A stretch of 64,000 nt of DNA from Amoeboaphelidium protococcarum X5 (Eukaryota; Fungi; Aphelidiomycota), in assembly GCA_023515725.1 (NCBI GenBank), contig JALDTO010000206.1, positions 454,189 to 518,188 on the forward strand, read 5' to 3'. The position numbers and the translations under genes were made by a program. Positions 50,980-64,000 of the stretch are shown one piece after another. A model generated the notes under the pieces. The model was given only the letters and a program-made list of their open reading frames with translations, was not told the DNA's origin and ran no database searches. Positions within the stretch are counted from its first letter, which is position 1, and every line of letters starts with the position of its first letter.

Positions 50980-53622
50980 ATGAAGGTTCAGTAATAATAG
51001 TAGAAGCAGAGTGATATCAGATAGCTATTTGATTCCAATTTTACAGTTGATGAGCCGTCCATAGCCATCAGTGCAGGTTTGAAGTATCAGCTTTAGTAGA
51101 ATCCCCAACTGGTCAGTAGCCATTTCGTTTAATTGCTATCTGAAAAGGTTGGTGTTGTGTATGGAGACAATTAGATTGATCATGAAGATAGATAGACTGT
51201 TGGCAAGTTTTATATACAAAAGATGCTGGACTGGCTCAACAGTAACTTTTAATCTGTTGTTAAAGATGCAGAGATGGATAAGGTGTTAATGAAACTGAAG
51301 TCGGTAATCAAGTCGCCCTCTATTCAGTCGCAGCTCATTCCATTGCTTGATAAACTGGCCCTACAGTAGAAACAAAGTACAGAACATCGCCCAGTGTCAA
51401 TAATTGGCTAGTAATAGGGATAGTCTTACATTGTTCGTGGATTGCCAACAGACCGTCAAAAAACTGTCGCTTTGTTGCAGAGTGGGATATTTGGTCGCAA
51501 TTTCGTTGTGCCGGTAAAGAGTGGCAAGAAGGAGAAATTATAGGTGACTTTATAAGATTGTCAACCATTGGACGAGTAGCCATCCATAGACACCTTGAAC
51601 TCCGTAGTGACCACAGTTAGAGTTGAGAAGCAGATAAAACTGTTAGATCAGAGGCGAATATCAAACACCACAGCATTACCAATCTTTAAAAACTACTCTG
51701 ATCAAGATGCATTACAGCTGTCTCATGCAGAGTTAGATGCTGTGATTGAAGAATTGTTTGTGGTGAGTGAATCTCCGCAGCGTAAACGAATGCTCCACTC
51801 AGTGTTTATTAAGATTGTTATCGATCTCTACTGCTCAGGCGATGTTGATGGTGTCTAAAATCTGCTTGGAGTCTTCATGGAGATGATTGTTTATCCTGAT
51901 GATCGAGTCAAGAGTTCTTGTTTTGATTTGCTGGTGAACATTGGTATTCACGTCCAACTACTTGAAGACGTTGCGAAAATTGGTGATAAAGTTGTCGACT
52001 CTGGAAATATAAGGATTAACTTGATTATGGATGACCTTGTTAAAAAGGTGATTTTTCTATAAGAATGGCTGCTGTATACTGGATGCTCAACTGCCTTTGT
52101 ATGGCACAACGCGCTGAAGTGCTTTCTGCTCTATGTCACTGTTAATGGTTGTGTAGACTTTGGCAAACTGAAGGATATCGATATCAAAGTTATTGAGCAT
52201 TACCTGCGTTTTATTCCAAAGCCTCTTTTAAGCTAGGCGGCTGAAGATGTTGTAGTATAGATTCTATGCTACCTCCTGCTTGGAGATGATTATAATTTGC
52301 GAGTTCCTTAGTTGAAGTCGTTCGGCGGCATAAATTTTATATTTGATGTTTACACCAGCTGCTCTAGTTCACTGTCGAGATTCAATCTATTTGGAGTTAT
52401 CTATCAGCACATTCTCTGGGATCTCCGTGTAAATAAATCTGTATTCTTTTCAGAGCAAGATCAGACTGCCATTTATCACGTTTTGAAGGCACTGGATGCT
52501 GCCGACTACTTATCTGATGTTGTGCGGTATGTCCCTGTAAAGTTTGTAGAGAGATTTGTCAGGTATGTCTATTTGTAGGAGGTACGAAAAGATCCTAAAT
52601 GGTTCTCTGACAAGGACTCGGAGGCGGATATTTCCAAGCCATTTATTGATAAGTCGCTCTTTGTCGCCATCATGTACGCGTTTGAGTAATTGGCCAAGGA
52701 TAGAATGTCTTTACCGTCTGGATTACAAGGCTTGTATGACTCTGTGGTGAATAATGACTCGTTTTCGTCCAATAATGAAAACTTTATAATGTCGCTGCTG
52801 GAGAGTTCTCATTACATGGAGAGATATCATGGATATCAGATAATCTCGAATCTTTTGATTAATGTGCCTAGAAATTCCAAAGCATTTGGTCATTTAGAAA
52901 AGTTATTTTACTCATTGGCAGCGTCATAGAGCTATATTGTTAGGGCCTTATATCTGGATATTGTCGAGGTGTTGGTAATGCATCAAAAGTAAGCAACTGA
53001 TGGTAATATGGATTCGTTGTTCAAAGTAGTCAATTAATCACTTAATGCTTTGGTGTCTGGTAATGAAACGCATATTGATAATCTTACTAGAATGCTTGAG
53101 CTAATTTACCGGAATGTGACGGTTCCCTCATACGAAAAGGTGTCTTTACTAGAAAATTTAAACGTTTAATCCACTTCTGAAAATCTCCTAGCTGGAAAGC
53201 TGGTATTCAAGAAAGATCTCCTTCGCTTGGTAGATATTAAGATTCTAGATCATATATTCAATAAATTACCGAGAAGTGTCAGCGAGATGTATGAAAATTT
53301 ACCGTGTGAACTGCATTGGATCAATTATTCCAAAGTATTGTCCGCTCTGCTTCTCATGATTGCTGAATGCGCTTACGCCAACTTGGAAATGTCCGAGGTT
53401 ATTGGAGGGATGAATTACTTTAGGCAACTGGTTCGCGACTCGGATGTAAGAGTGAGTTATAGTGCAAGTCAGATTCTGATAAAGGGATTGAGATAGGAGA
53501 AACCTGCTCAGTATGAAGCGATTGTTAAGAAATTTAGCTAGAAGCTTGGCGTAAAGAGAGAAGATTTAGAATCTAATCAGTACGTGTTGCTCCAGATGAT
53601 AATGAATGTCGGACGTAAATGA
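50980..53622 (+). CDS. Large hypothetical ARM-like helical protein (880 aa)
   Basis: Five supplied fragments join in one frame with TAR=Gln; FDLLVNIGIHVQLLE; GGMNYFRQLVRDSDVRVSYSAS. Confidence 0.7.
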
Positions 53623-54881
53623 TGTGTTATGTATCCTTTGCTATCGCTGCTAAATTTTCGTTAGAACTACTATCTTGTATCTTCAACTTGTACTGATCTT
53701 TTAGCATATATACAGCTAGTACAGTACTTGACGTAGTGTCAATTATCAAGAATGAAAATCCAATGTATATCAGCGACCTTTTCAAATTCGTTACTGATAC
53801 TTTTCATCATTCAAAGCGACAATAGAAGAACATAACGCGCACATTGGCGAGAGAGTTCAAGCTTAGTTCCATCTCACACAAATACTGTTCAGGAGTACGA
53901 AAGGAGTAATTGTATTCCGGGGCCTGTGTACGAAATAGCGTCGCCGCGAGATTAACGATTACCCCGATCTCGCGCATTAATCACGTACAAAGCCTTAACC
54001 TTAGGCAATAGGAAAATTGATCAACTTTCGAAATCACTCCTCCATCTTTCTCTTCTCAGTAAGAATGTGCTTTGTAGAATCATTTATAAAGTACTTACGT
54101 CAAATCTCTGTTAATAATAGAGACACAAATACAAACATTAAAGATGAAAGCGCTCCGTCCCGTTTACCCGAAACTTTGATCTTCATGATCTTGATGACGG
54201 TGGGCGTCTTCCATTCCAGTGGATGCCTGGGTCTGAGCTTTCTGAAATGTTCGTGTTTTTTTTATATTTTCTCTTGAATACTTCCAAGTACCTAGCCGTC
54301 CCAAACCAAGAATCTGATTGTTTCATTTACTTTGCCTAAAATATCTAATACATCCAGAATTCAGATTGGAAACATTTACTATTATGTAAAGCAATTAATT
54401 GAAAAGCACTGTAATTTAAGCAATTAATAGCTCAATGCTGATAACTATACTGCATGTTAACCTTTATAATGAAAATAATAAAGATAACGCGACCCTCAAT
54501 CTAGTCCTATTTCAAGTAGGAATGTAAGGCTACAACAAGGCGAAAGTTAAAACATTTAAAACGATGAATTTTTATTACCTATTACGTGTCAACAATCAAA
54601 TTCAGAGCTGAATTGTAAACTTTAGAGCTTTGGATAAGAAAACCAACATATCTGCAGTCTGCTATTACCCCAGCTGATTAGTATTAGCCCCGTGACCGGA
54701 TGAACGAATAACTTTGAGCAATAGCGGGCAAATTATATGGTTATACGCCTAGTCGGGAAAAAATTATATCGCTGCCGACCGCAGGTCGGTTGCGATATTT
54801 TATACGGATTTCAAGGGATGAGTAAGAAGAAACCGAAGATCTGCGATCATATCCACTCAATTACTCAATCAGTTCATAAAA

Positions 54882-57800
54882 TCACGTCTATTTCAACTTT
54901 CTCTCTCTTTCTACACGCTTTCTGAACTTTTTATAGAGACTTGTACGCATTTACAACAAAGAATCGTCTAACTAACTTGATGCATCGCATCTTTTGGAAG
55001 AATGGCCTTCAGTACATTAATTGGAATCAGCCATCAATCTTGGCTTCCAGCAGATTTTGCAGACTTGTTTCACTGATTCGCTTCTCAAATTACTGTCCAA
55101 CTCTTCTTCATTGACAAATCCGTTTTCAGGTGTCAACACGTCGTCGCCGAATCTCTAACGCAGCAGTTCAGTCAAATTGACAGCCTCAGTCATTGTGACA
55201 GGCCCAGTATCAGCTTAAATGATATCGACGGTATGATAAGTTAATTAGTTAAAGGTCGGCTGTTCGTTGATGTCTACATTCTCTCCAAAATTGTCAACTC
55301 TAGGAATATCATCACCATCAGGCAGACCCAAAACTGGATTGAACAAAGTGCCCATATCCAGATTGGTGAAGTAAGCATCGTCTATACTATCAACTAATCT
55401 CTAAATATCCTAATCTGCAGTAGCAAGCAAATCATTGACACTCTAAACAGACTGAGTAGCAGGACAGATGCAGCTCAAATTGTTCAATGAAGTCTGTGTT
55501 TCTACAGATACATGTTCAACTACTTAGACAGTTTACTCAGTAGACACCTAATGCAACTACGGAATTTCGAACGGAATATGCAATGCTGTTGGGTCAGTCA
55601 AATGATTTTATAGCTGTCTGAACTGGGCCTTAAATGGATCAATCGCGTATTTGCATGCCAACTTACGTTCCACAATATCTTCAAAACTCTTCAAATGGCT
55701 TGGTGCTTTAAAAGAGTATTCTGATAACAAATCATCAACTTCAGACTAATTTGAGCAGGCGGCAATCTTGTTATAAACCAGAAAATTCCATCGATCAGCC
55801 ATTTACTCATAATCTACTTACTTATCATCACCGTTTTTCTTGGTGCAATATTGTTCAAACAGTGACATGAATAAGATGAGCTCTTTTTGGGAGGAGACGG
55901 GACGTGATATGACATTGAATGCAAACTTAGAGATCATATCATCAGAGTTCAGCTTGATGGGCTCAGTAGATATATCACTCTAATCCATATCAATAACAGT
56001 CAAATCAACTTCAACTGGATCGGCCAGTGCATCAATCAGTTCTTCATCAAAGCCACCTTCGCATTCCATCATCAGCTACTAGTCAGAAATGTTCTTTAGA
56101 TCAAGAGATTTGCCCAAATACTTACTACAGCCAAATTTAACAGATTTTGAGAATTCAGATACCTGTGGAATGGTCAGATTCTCAAAAACAGGACACTTGA
56201 AGTATTTCGCATTGTCGACATACAACTGCTTAATTTAGCTCAGCACTAGTGGGTTGTAAATATGAAAATCCGGAGTCAGCCCACAGGTCAGTGCCGCATC
56301 TTGATTTCTTCTGTAGACAAAGTCCATGAGCATAACATTATATAGCTCAGGAGAGATAGACTTTGCTTAAAACGCATTGTACAACATCATGTGATATCCT
56401 TCTTATTGGCTGGTACCTCTAAAACACTTGAACTACTTAAAAGATCCATCATCTCCAGGCTTTAATTGCAAGTACATGTCAACACCAGGAGGATCTGATA
56501 AACAGCCATCTTTGGCGTGCTTCAGATTACGCTCGTGATGTTTCATTACTTGATCATCAATGAACTCACTGTTAACCGCTCTGAACATTTAGACCACCTG
56601 ATCAATTCTATTCGACAAAATATCCGCAGGTGGAACAAATCTTCTCACTTTACCATTACGCAATAGATAGCTTCTCTTGATCTGATCCATTTACTTATCT
56701 GATACTCCACGCTGCTGTAATACTGACTTCACATCTTGCATGTCTTCTTCAGAACAGATGAATATCGCGTCGCGGAGGTTGGAGGCAAAGAGAGAGTATA
56801 GAGGATGTTTCTTCTTAACAGGATACCGCTCCATGAAATGAAATATATCCAAGAGTACTCGCTATCCTTATCCAGTAGCTGACAGAGATTCAAACATATC
56901 AGAGAGAAATGCTCTTTCAGTGCAGCAGAGATCTGTGAAGAAAGCCTGAGGACCCTCTTCATCTTTGGCCGCATAGCGCTGCTTCAAGACTTCAAATTCA
57001 CCAGTCAACTCTTTCAGACTTTTGTTTGGCACAAGCCAGAATCCAGCTACTTGGCCATACTCATTCACCAAGGAGTATAATCCCTCAAATATCTACTGAG
57101 ACTTAGACACAGGCACCTTGGCTGCTTTGAAAGTGTGATCACCGCTCAAAACTTTGCCAGTAACTTGCGCGACAGCGGCGTTCTTCAGATCATACACATC
57201 CATTTGGCTCTTATAATAGAATTTCTTTAAAACAGTAGTGGATGGAATGGATACGTTATACTAATCTTTGTCGCTGAATTCTGGAAATGGGTCAATCAGT
57301 GCAGGCAAAGCTTAAAACATTAAAGTCTTCTATGGGTTCCTTCTAACAAATGTTGATGCGGACAGATAGGCAAGATGTCTTGATTAATGCTAGTTGTTGA
57401 ACAGCTCATCCAACATCTTTACAAACTCATTAAAAGAGACTCCTCGCATGATCATCCTATCCATTAATTAAATCAATTAGTTGTCCAGGATCGTGTTGTC
57501 AATCACCGTACACGGCAACTATTGCTAAACATGAGGAGGAAGATGCTGCAAAGTATCTGGATCTATTCCACGAAACTCCTTACCAGTCCTGCCACCAGTA
57601 CCACAGTGACACAGATTGCATTTGTACCTCTTGAACATGATGTAATACGACTGACCAATGCCTATTACTTTTCGAGGCCCTACTGCTGACCAGCCTGCTA
57701 CCTTAACGTGACCATCCACAACGCCATGAACTGGACAAGGCATGTGGCGAACACCAAGATGATGGAAAAACACTTCTGGCGTCCAGAATATAACTTTCTC

Positions 57801-58445
57801 CTTCACAAAATCCTAGCTCTCCATATAATCTGAGACTAATAAAGGATTAGGCGGATAAATCCAGATATCACGCCAGGACAGAGGATTCAGCGGCTTGCAA
57901 TCGCAGACACCATGACACCTTGACGACGTTGCATTGCATTGATAGCCGCGCGAACCTGTTCCTTTAATGGCGTAGTCAATCTCATCAGTGTACTTGACTA
58001 TAAATGCGGTGGAGGGATGACTTCTCCAATTCTAATCTTTCTACTCAATCACTAACGTGGCATTAACTTGATCATCATTTTCGACTGAGGAGGTAGTATC
58101 ATGATGAGCATTAATATCATTTGTTTCAGGCGTCTGATCAGACGCGGATTGATGAACTGGTACATCAGCGAAAGAGTCCACTGATTGTTAGGATGCTCCA
58201 GTCAGCCAACTTGACAAAGTATTCGCGGAACCTGCAATACTGTTGTTCTTCTTTTACTATTCCAAACAAAATTTAGTGTGCGGCTTCTTATTAGATGGGA
58301 AATGAAGATTTTTACATATCGGGCACTTCCAAGTCTTACCAGGATGGATCGGTGCATTTTCTGCGTCTTCTCTCTGCCTCTTGATCTTCCTTGCACCAGG
58401 AGGAGGGACATAATTGCTGATGGACATTCCATTGGTAGTGTTCAT
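54882..58445 (-). CDS. Transposase, 1187 aa, intact
   Basis: No internal TGA; N-terminal CPIC..H..C finger, CPVH...YKC, LSGDHTFK, VNEYGQV, FTDLCC, LDIFH (DxxH), GCLSDPPG, CFRGTSQQEGYH. Confidence 0.85.
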
Positions 58446-58669
58446 TCTCAAAATCTCTCTTAACAGTGAAGTTCGCTCTACAAAAGTAATGAAATAAGTA
58501 TTGAGATTGGAAATTAAATCATACTATATTTTGACTACGACTTTCTTTTAGGCTTCTCACGGCACTTTTTATTTTGAATGCTGATATCAGAGTCAGATAT
58601 AGGCAACTGTATATCTGATACTGAAGCTGATATTTCTGAAACAGTGTTGGTCGCACGCGCAGTTTATGT

Positions 58670-58739
58670 AGCGACATTGTCAACAACATTGTCAGCGACA
58701 TTCGTTTGATCGTGTTAGCGACAATTTTGTAGCGACATT
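58670..58739. repeat. Subterminal AGCGACA(T/A)T repeats, four copies
   Basis: Copies at 58670, 58694, 58717 and 58731, within about 100 bp of the element end. Confidence 0.75.
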
Positions 58740-61293
58740 TGGCTTAAGAGTAGTAAGGTACCCCAATAGCGGATTAATCAAAGACGCGTTCTTCTACTAC
58801 TGATATTGCAATTCAGCGATAAACTTATATGAGTGAGAAGGGACGACACGCTAATCAGAATCACCAGTTATTATTAAAGTAGGTGGATAGTCCACATTGC
58901 TCTTGACGTTATGATACGGAGAATACTTCTGAAGATACTTGCGTTAATCGGCAACTTCAGGATTTCCATATTCTTCAATGTGCAGCTAGCCAGGAGGAAA
59001 TTTATGGAAACGCAACATGTCGAAGAGTCCAACGTCTGCAATTACCGCACCGAACAACTATGGAGCCTACAGCATCAAGGCCGCGGTCAATAACCCACCA
59101 TTACTAGCGCCATAGATAGACAGTTTGGCAGGTGAAGTGTATCCGCGTGAAATCAGGAATTGAGCTGCGGCCTAGAAGTCATCAAAAGAATTCTACTTGT
59201 TAGCTTATTTGCCAGCCTCATGCCACTTCTTTCCATACTCGCCACCTCCGCGAATATTAGCCACAGCAAACACGCCATTGGAAAGTTTCAAAAATGATAC
59301 TATCTCCTTAGTGAAACTAGGACTCAGCGAAACGCCAAAACCACCGTATCCATACAGTACTGTTGGATTTTAACCGTTCATACTCACGTCTTTACGTGCA
59401 ATCACAGTCATAGGAACCACAGTGCCATCTTTAGACGTGTAATTTAACTGCTTTGATTCGAAAGCACTCAGATCGACAGGTACTTTAATATCACGGACAA
59501 CAGAGACACCCACCTATTAACCGGACAAGTCAAAACGATAAATCTTCCCAGGGCTCAGATAAGTTGCCTGGCCGATGAACGATTCGTTTTTCTCATAGTT
59601 ATAAGTTCCGCATGACATAGCCCCAGCTTCTACCGAAATTTTGGTCAAAGATTTATTATCATAACTAATAGCGTAGTACACAAAAGCCATTTCCTCCACA
59701 TATATTGCCATAAACTTCTTGTTTTTAACAGGAACGGCAGTAAGCAATGGAAACTCTTATTCAGCGATCAGATCAGCAGACTTTTTGGTCTTGATATCAT
59801 AAGAAATGAGTTTTGAATTTGGCGCATCTTGATCAGTTTAAAAGATAAACGTGTCATTATAGTTGACAATATAGGAAACCGAGTGTCCATTAATTGCATC
59901 CAAAGACTACACTTTAGGAAACGGCTTGAGGTGCGGGTTACCAACCAGAGGCATTACTGAGATGTCATTTTTATTTCCAATGCCAACAGAAATTATGAGA
60001 ACCTATTTATCTTTAGAGAGAGTTGATTGGATAGTGCGATCAGCAGAAGATGCCTTTAGAATTGCAATGTCGTCCTACTGCTTAGTATTCAACTTGTGAA
60101 AGTACAGCGTAGGCGGAGTCTAACTGTCTGCATCTGCACCACGTTCGTACTGACTATAGAAAAACCCAGAATTATCATTCAGCCAAGTTAGAGTTGAGAA
60201 TTTCACGTTGACAAGATTGTCTGACTAATCTTTCTTACTCTAGGCATCCATCACTTTCACAGTTATCCAGTCGGAGCCATTCTGACTTAGAGCGTACGCA
60301 AAGTACTTCCCATCATCAGATAGTTAGTATGTATTTAACGAGATGCTTCCATCAGAGCTCAAGGTGTTGGGATCGAAGAATACCTCTTCCTTTTCTTGAA
60401 AGCTACGCTATCTCATCACCATTTGTTGCGCTTTGGTAGGATCATTTAATCCAAAATAGTAGTAATCACCGTACTTGTCAGGGCAGCTGTATTCCGGAAA
60501 CCCAGTGACATTTTTCACCAGCTGACTGACCTCGTCACGTCTCGGATACGAGGACAGATAACCATCACTCAGTTTGTTCTAGTCATTAATGAACTGCTAG
60601 GTGACAGATGAATTCAGTGTTTCAAATTACTGATACGGATTCAAAGGGTCAACACCACGTTACGCTTTTGGATAGTGCAATTAGCCAGTACCATTAACCG
60701 GAGCCGCGTGAACCCAAGTACACGTAACCAAGATAGCACTCACTGTCAGGATAGTCTATAATGCCATTTCAAATTCTAATTTATTTTTGAGGTACTCTAA
60801 AAGATTAATTGGAAGAGTAAAAGAGTGAATAAGGATTCAAACGTGATGATACTACTCCATGATACTCCGTGTAACTATACCCAATAATTTTATTGGCTGG
60901 CATTTCTCACGTAGTGAGACGTGTTGAAGTTGATTGGAAGTGGTCTCAGACGCGCTTAATTAGTGAGGTAACACAGAATGAATGAAGATGGCCAAAGTAA
61001 TGTGTAGAGGTAGATTGAGCAAAAGTAGCATTAATGAGCATGCACTTTAATGAATAATGACACACAAAGCTGATACCAGTTCCTTTCAAGATTTTGTAAT
61101 GCTGTTTGCGTCATCTTGTTTTCTATATTTAGTTTTATCAGATTCTTTACATAGCACTGATACATGCTATCTTTAGCATATATCGATACTATAACGGGCA
61201 ACTGCAAGTTTTTACACTGGCGCTTTAATAAGCTTTCAGGATTTTTTATCTCTCATCATTCATAATATCAATTAAATACCAAATACCTCCATC

Positions 61294-61839
61294 ATGTTGA
61301 AACTGTCACAGCTGTTATTCGGTGGATCCATTGTACACCGTCTAGTGGTATCATCTATACCAATTGCAAAGTATCTTGCAGTTTAAGGCTTAGTAGTGAT
61401 GACGCCTGCCTTGTTTCACATCGCAGTCGCTACTGTGGCTGCATTGCTAACTCATGTTGCACCCTTCATAATCCTCAATGCTTACAGTCTATACCAGAGA
61501 TATCGTGGCTCTGATTCCAAGGCTCTAACTTTGTGGCAGCGCGCTGAGCTTTATCGCTCAAACTTGATGCTACTACTGGGATGGTGGGCGTTTATCACGT
61601 ATAAACTGTTTCAGTGGACACGATGGTGCGGCGAATTGGGGATCAATGTGGCAATGCCTGCATTGTCCTTTGGCGCCATTATGATGCCTTCATTAAATGC
61701 ATTGAACCTGGCCTCTACATAAACTTACTCTGCTGATGATCTCTAAATGTGCAGAGATTCCAACATTACAATGATATCCTCGATTTGCATGCTGATTTCT
61801 TTTATTTATGAACTTGTTGTTATCAGAAAGTAAATGTGA
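61294..61839 (+). CDS. Hypothetical multi-pass membrane protein (181 aa)
   Basis: ATG-TGA frame with several hydrophobic segments. Confidence 0.6.
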
Positions 61840-62545
61840 TTTTTATTACTTGTCTTTTTATTGTCTTTGCCATATTGTCTGATCGATATGATTAATGTTC
61901 GTCAAGCAGTAATAATTTGTCGTGTCATCATTTAATCTCCAATTGTATTCATGAACTGATTTGTAGATTTAATAAAGCAAACGATGGTCCATCAAGGATT
62001 TGACAAAAAGTCAATGCAAAGCGACCACCAATGTAATGGAGGATGTGGGTGTAAGTAGAGCTTTAATTTAAAGGCTGTGTCGATTGAGCGCGTTGAAGAC
62101 ACCAGAGCAAGGATCTTCAAATGAGTAAGAGCTATTACAAGCCTTTACATCGATGAAATAGTTTATGGAATATTCAAAGTAGCTAGACACTGACCAAGTT
62201 GCGCCGTTGATTAACATAACGCATGAATTTGAAAAGATACACGACACGTTTCGTAAAGTTGGATTAGCGGATGAGTCTCCTGGTCGGCAGGCTGATGGCC
62301 ATTCGAACCTGATATAGCTGGCATCGCGTTTGCAAGATGATCGCTACCATGTTGTAAATAAATGATATCTTGTGATGATATACACTTATAGGTTGTAGAA
62401 TTTCTTGCATATTCTTCAACCCGATCGCTTCAAAATTTTCATATTGACTCGACAGTGTGGCGCAAGAATAGCCGTGGGAACAAAATCTTCTGTTTCTCGC
62501 TGGTTAACTTTCTTTCCAAGATTTAATGAGTGAGTAATTGCGATT

Positions 62546-64000
62546 ATGATTAGATCTGCTGTATTTTCTAGATGTCTACCCGCTAGCCGGGTTCTGAAGC
62601 TATCCAAGAGGTCTCTTGCCACTCCGGTCAGTAGCAGTGATGAGCCTAACTTTATGGAGTCAGTGTCCATCTATTTTGACAAGGTAAGTTCTGTATTCTG
62701 TGCATCAGTATCTTTAAAGCAATTGTTTATTATTGTAGGCTGCATCCATATCCAAGATTGATAGTGCAACGTTGGCGCACATGAAGGCGACCGATGCTGT
62801 GTTGAGTATTACTTTCCCCATCTAGAGAGAAGATGGTTCGTTTGAAGTGATCGAAGCCTATCGCTGTCATGATAGTCGTCATAGACTTCCGGTCAAGGGT
62901 GGTATCAGGTTTAGTACCGACGTCGACCTGCAAGAAGTTAAGGCACTGGCTGCGTTGATGACGTACAAGAATGCTATAGTTGATGTTCCTTACGGCGGTG
63001 GAAAGGGAGGTATTAAGGTAGGATTATTGAATTATGTTTGTTTTAGCTGACTTGTTTGCTAACTTACGTTCTGTGTATTGTTATATCAGCTTTGTAGATT
63101 GATCCCAGAAAGTACACGGTTCATGAGCTGGAGCGTATTACTCGTCGCTATACTATGGAGTTGATTTAGCGCAATTTTATCGGTCCTCATGTTGATATTC
63201 CAGCGCCTGATGTGGGAACAAGTGGGCGTGAAATGTCTTGGATCTGCGATACGTACAGACAGATTAGTTACACTGATGTTAATGCCCTGGCTTGTGTGAC
63301 TGGTAAACCAATCTCTCAGGGTGGTATACGTGGTAGACTGGAAGCGACTGGTTATGGAGTTTTCTGTGCCACTCAGGAGTTTCTTTCATATCCAGAGGTT
63401 TAGAAATTGACTGGTCTTGATGATAGCTTCAAGGATAAGCGTATCATTATCCAAGGTTTTGGTAATGTTGGTTACTGGAGCGCCAAGTTCTTTTCCCAAG
63501 CCGGAGCCAAGATTATCGGTGTTATTGAGAAGGATGTTGCACTCTTGAATGAAGATGGTATTAATGTCGCGGCATTAGAGGCTCACAAGTTAAAGACTGG
63601 TGGATTTAAGAATTTCTCTGGTGCGAAGAATATTGATTCCAACTTTAACTAATTACTGGAACATGACTGTGATATCCTAGTACCAGCAGCGATGGAGATG
63701 TAGATCACAAAGAACAACATGAAGCAAATTAGAGCCAAGATAATTGCAGAGGCTGCTAATGGACCTTTAACTCCTAAAGCTCACGAGTATTTAATCAGTA
63801 AGAACGTGGTGATTGTCCCTGATTTGTTGTGCAATGCTGGAGGTGTCACCACGAGCTATTTCGAAGTTTTGAAGAACCTCTCTCACGTTCGTATGGGCAG
63901 ATTAAATCGCCGCTTTGACCAGAAGGGAAAGACATCTATGGTTGCGCTGTACGAGTAGATTGCCGGCAAGCAGCTGGATGAACAGGAGCGTAAGGCTCTG
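62546..64000 (+). CDS. GLUD1: Mitochondrial glutamate dehydrogenase, GLUD1-like (introns 62684-62738 and 63018-63097; runs off the window)
   Basis: [64 protein letters not shown]; N-terminal presequence. Confidence 0.93.

Larger units (their letters stand above)
54726..58763 (-). mobile_element. DDE DNA transposon (Dada/DUF6729-like), about 4.04 kb, with target-site duplication
   Basis: Direct repeat CAATAGC(GG) at 54719 and 58764; termini GGGCAAATTA... and ...TAAGGTACCC form an imperfect inverted repeat; excision restores the host reading frame. Confidence 0.85.
54602..60767 (-). pseudogene. Signal-peptide prolyl oligopeptidase (S9A) split by a transposon (5' part 58764-60767, 3' part 54602-54725)
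   Basis: [29 protein letters not shown] (Ser), TGDSDQRVVPSHSYKF (Asp); removing the element restores INPLLLKVIRSSGHGANTNQLGQQQTADMLVFLSKAL (His). Confidence 0.88.

Noticed and set aside
54720-58763. Transposon spliced out as an intron, rescuing the peptidase
   Set aside because: The only GT at the junction (TTG GG|GTACCT) is a weak phase-2 donor and the nearby AG acceptors do not restore the frame
54666-58765. TACCCCA direct repeat (54666 and 58759) as the transposon TSD, with an apparent hairpin ncRNA at the empty site
   Set aside because: That join deletes the peptidase SGHG catalytic motif; the CAATAGC(GG) duplication restores a complete reading frame, so the TACCCCA match and the hairpin are coincidental coding sequence
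1-64000. Mass pseudogenisation suggested by the fragmented ORF track
   Set aside because: Fragments join in frame once TAA/TAG are read as Gln; many supplied ORFs are antisense shadows of real genes (e.g. 3394-3921, 35761-36255)

Overview
Gene-dense eukaryotic nuclear DNA with short GT-AG introns and a non-standard code: TAA and TAG encode Gln and TGA is the only stop (translation table 6). The supplied standard-code ORF track is therefore fragmented, and all CDS calls below were re-translated by hand with TAR=Gln. The gene content is fungus-like/opisthokont, which together with the code suggests an aphelid such as Amoeboaphelidium (inference). About 28 housekeeping or hypothetical genes are present (RPB11, UBX/TUG, YTH1, CDC25, RSC1-like, DUG1, NAXD, PTC7, MsrA, NEDD8, PSMB4, ABCA, TOM20, GCNA, UTP5, GDH and others). 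Highlights: (1) an intact 772-aa Fanzor1 (eukaryotic TnpB-like RNA-guided nuclease) at 40362-42680 (-), with a structured 3' region typical of an omegaRNA and two 150-bp structured repeats separated by a 25-nt unique spacer just downstream; (2) a 4.0-kb DDE transposon (Dada/DUF6729-like, intact 1187-aa transposase) with a clean target-site duplication, inserted into a secreted prolyl oligopeptidase gene and cutting off its catalytic His; (3) a TOM20 locus that can give either plain Tom20 or a Tom20-SET fusion depending on one 340-nt intron; (4) a Crinkler-like NTPase-REase-HhH gene with in-frame TGA codons.
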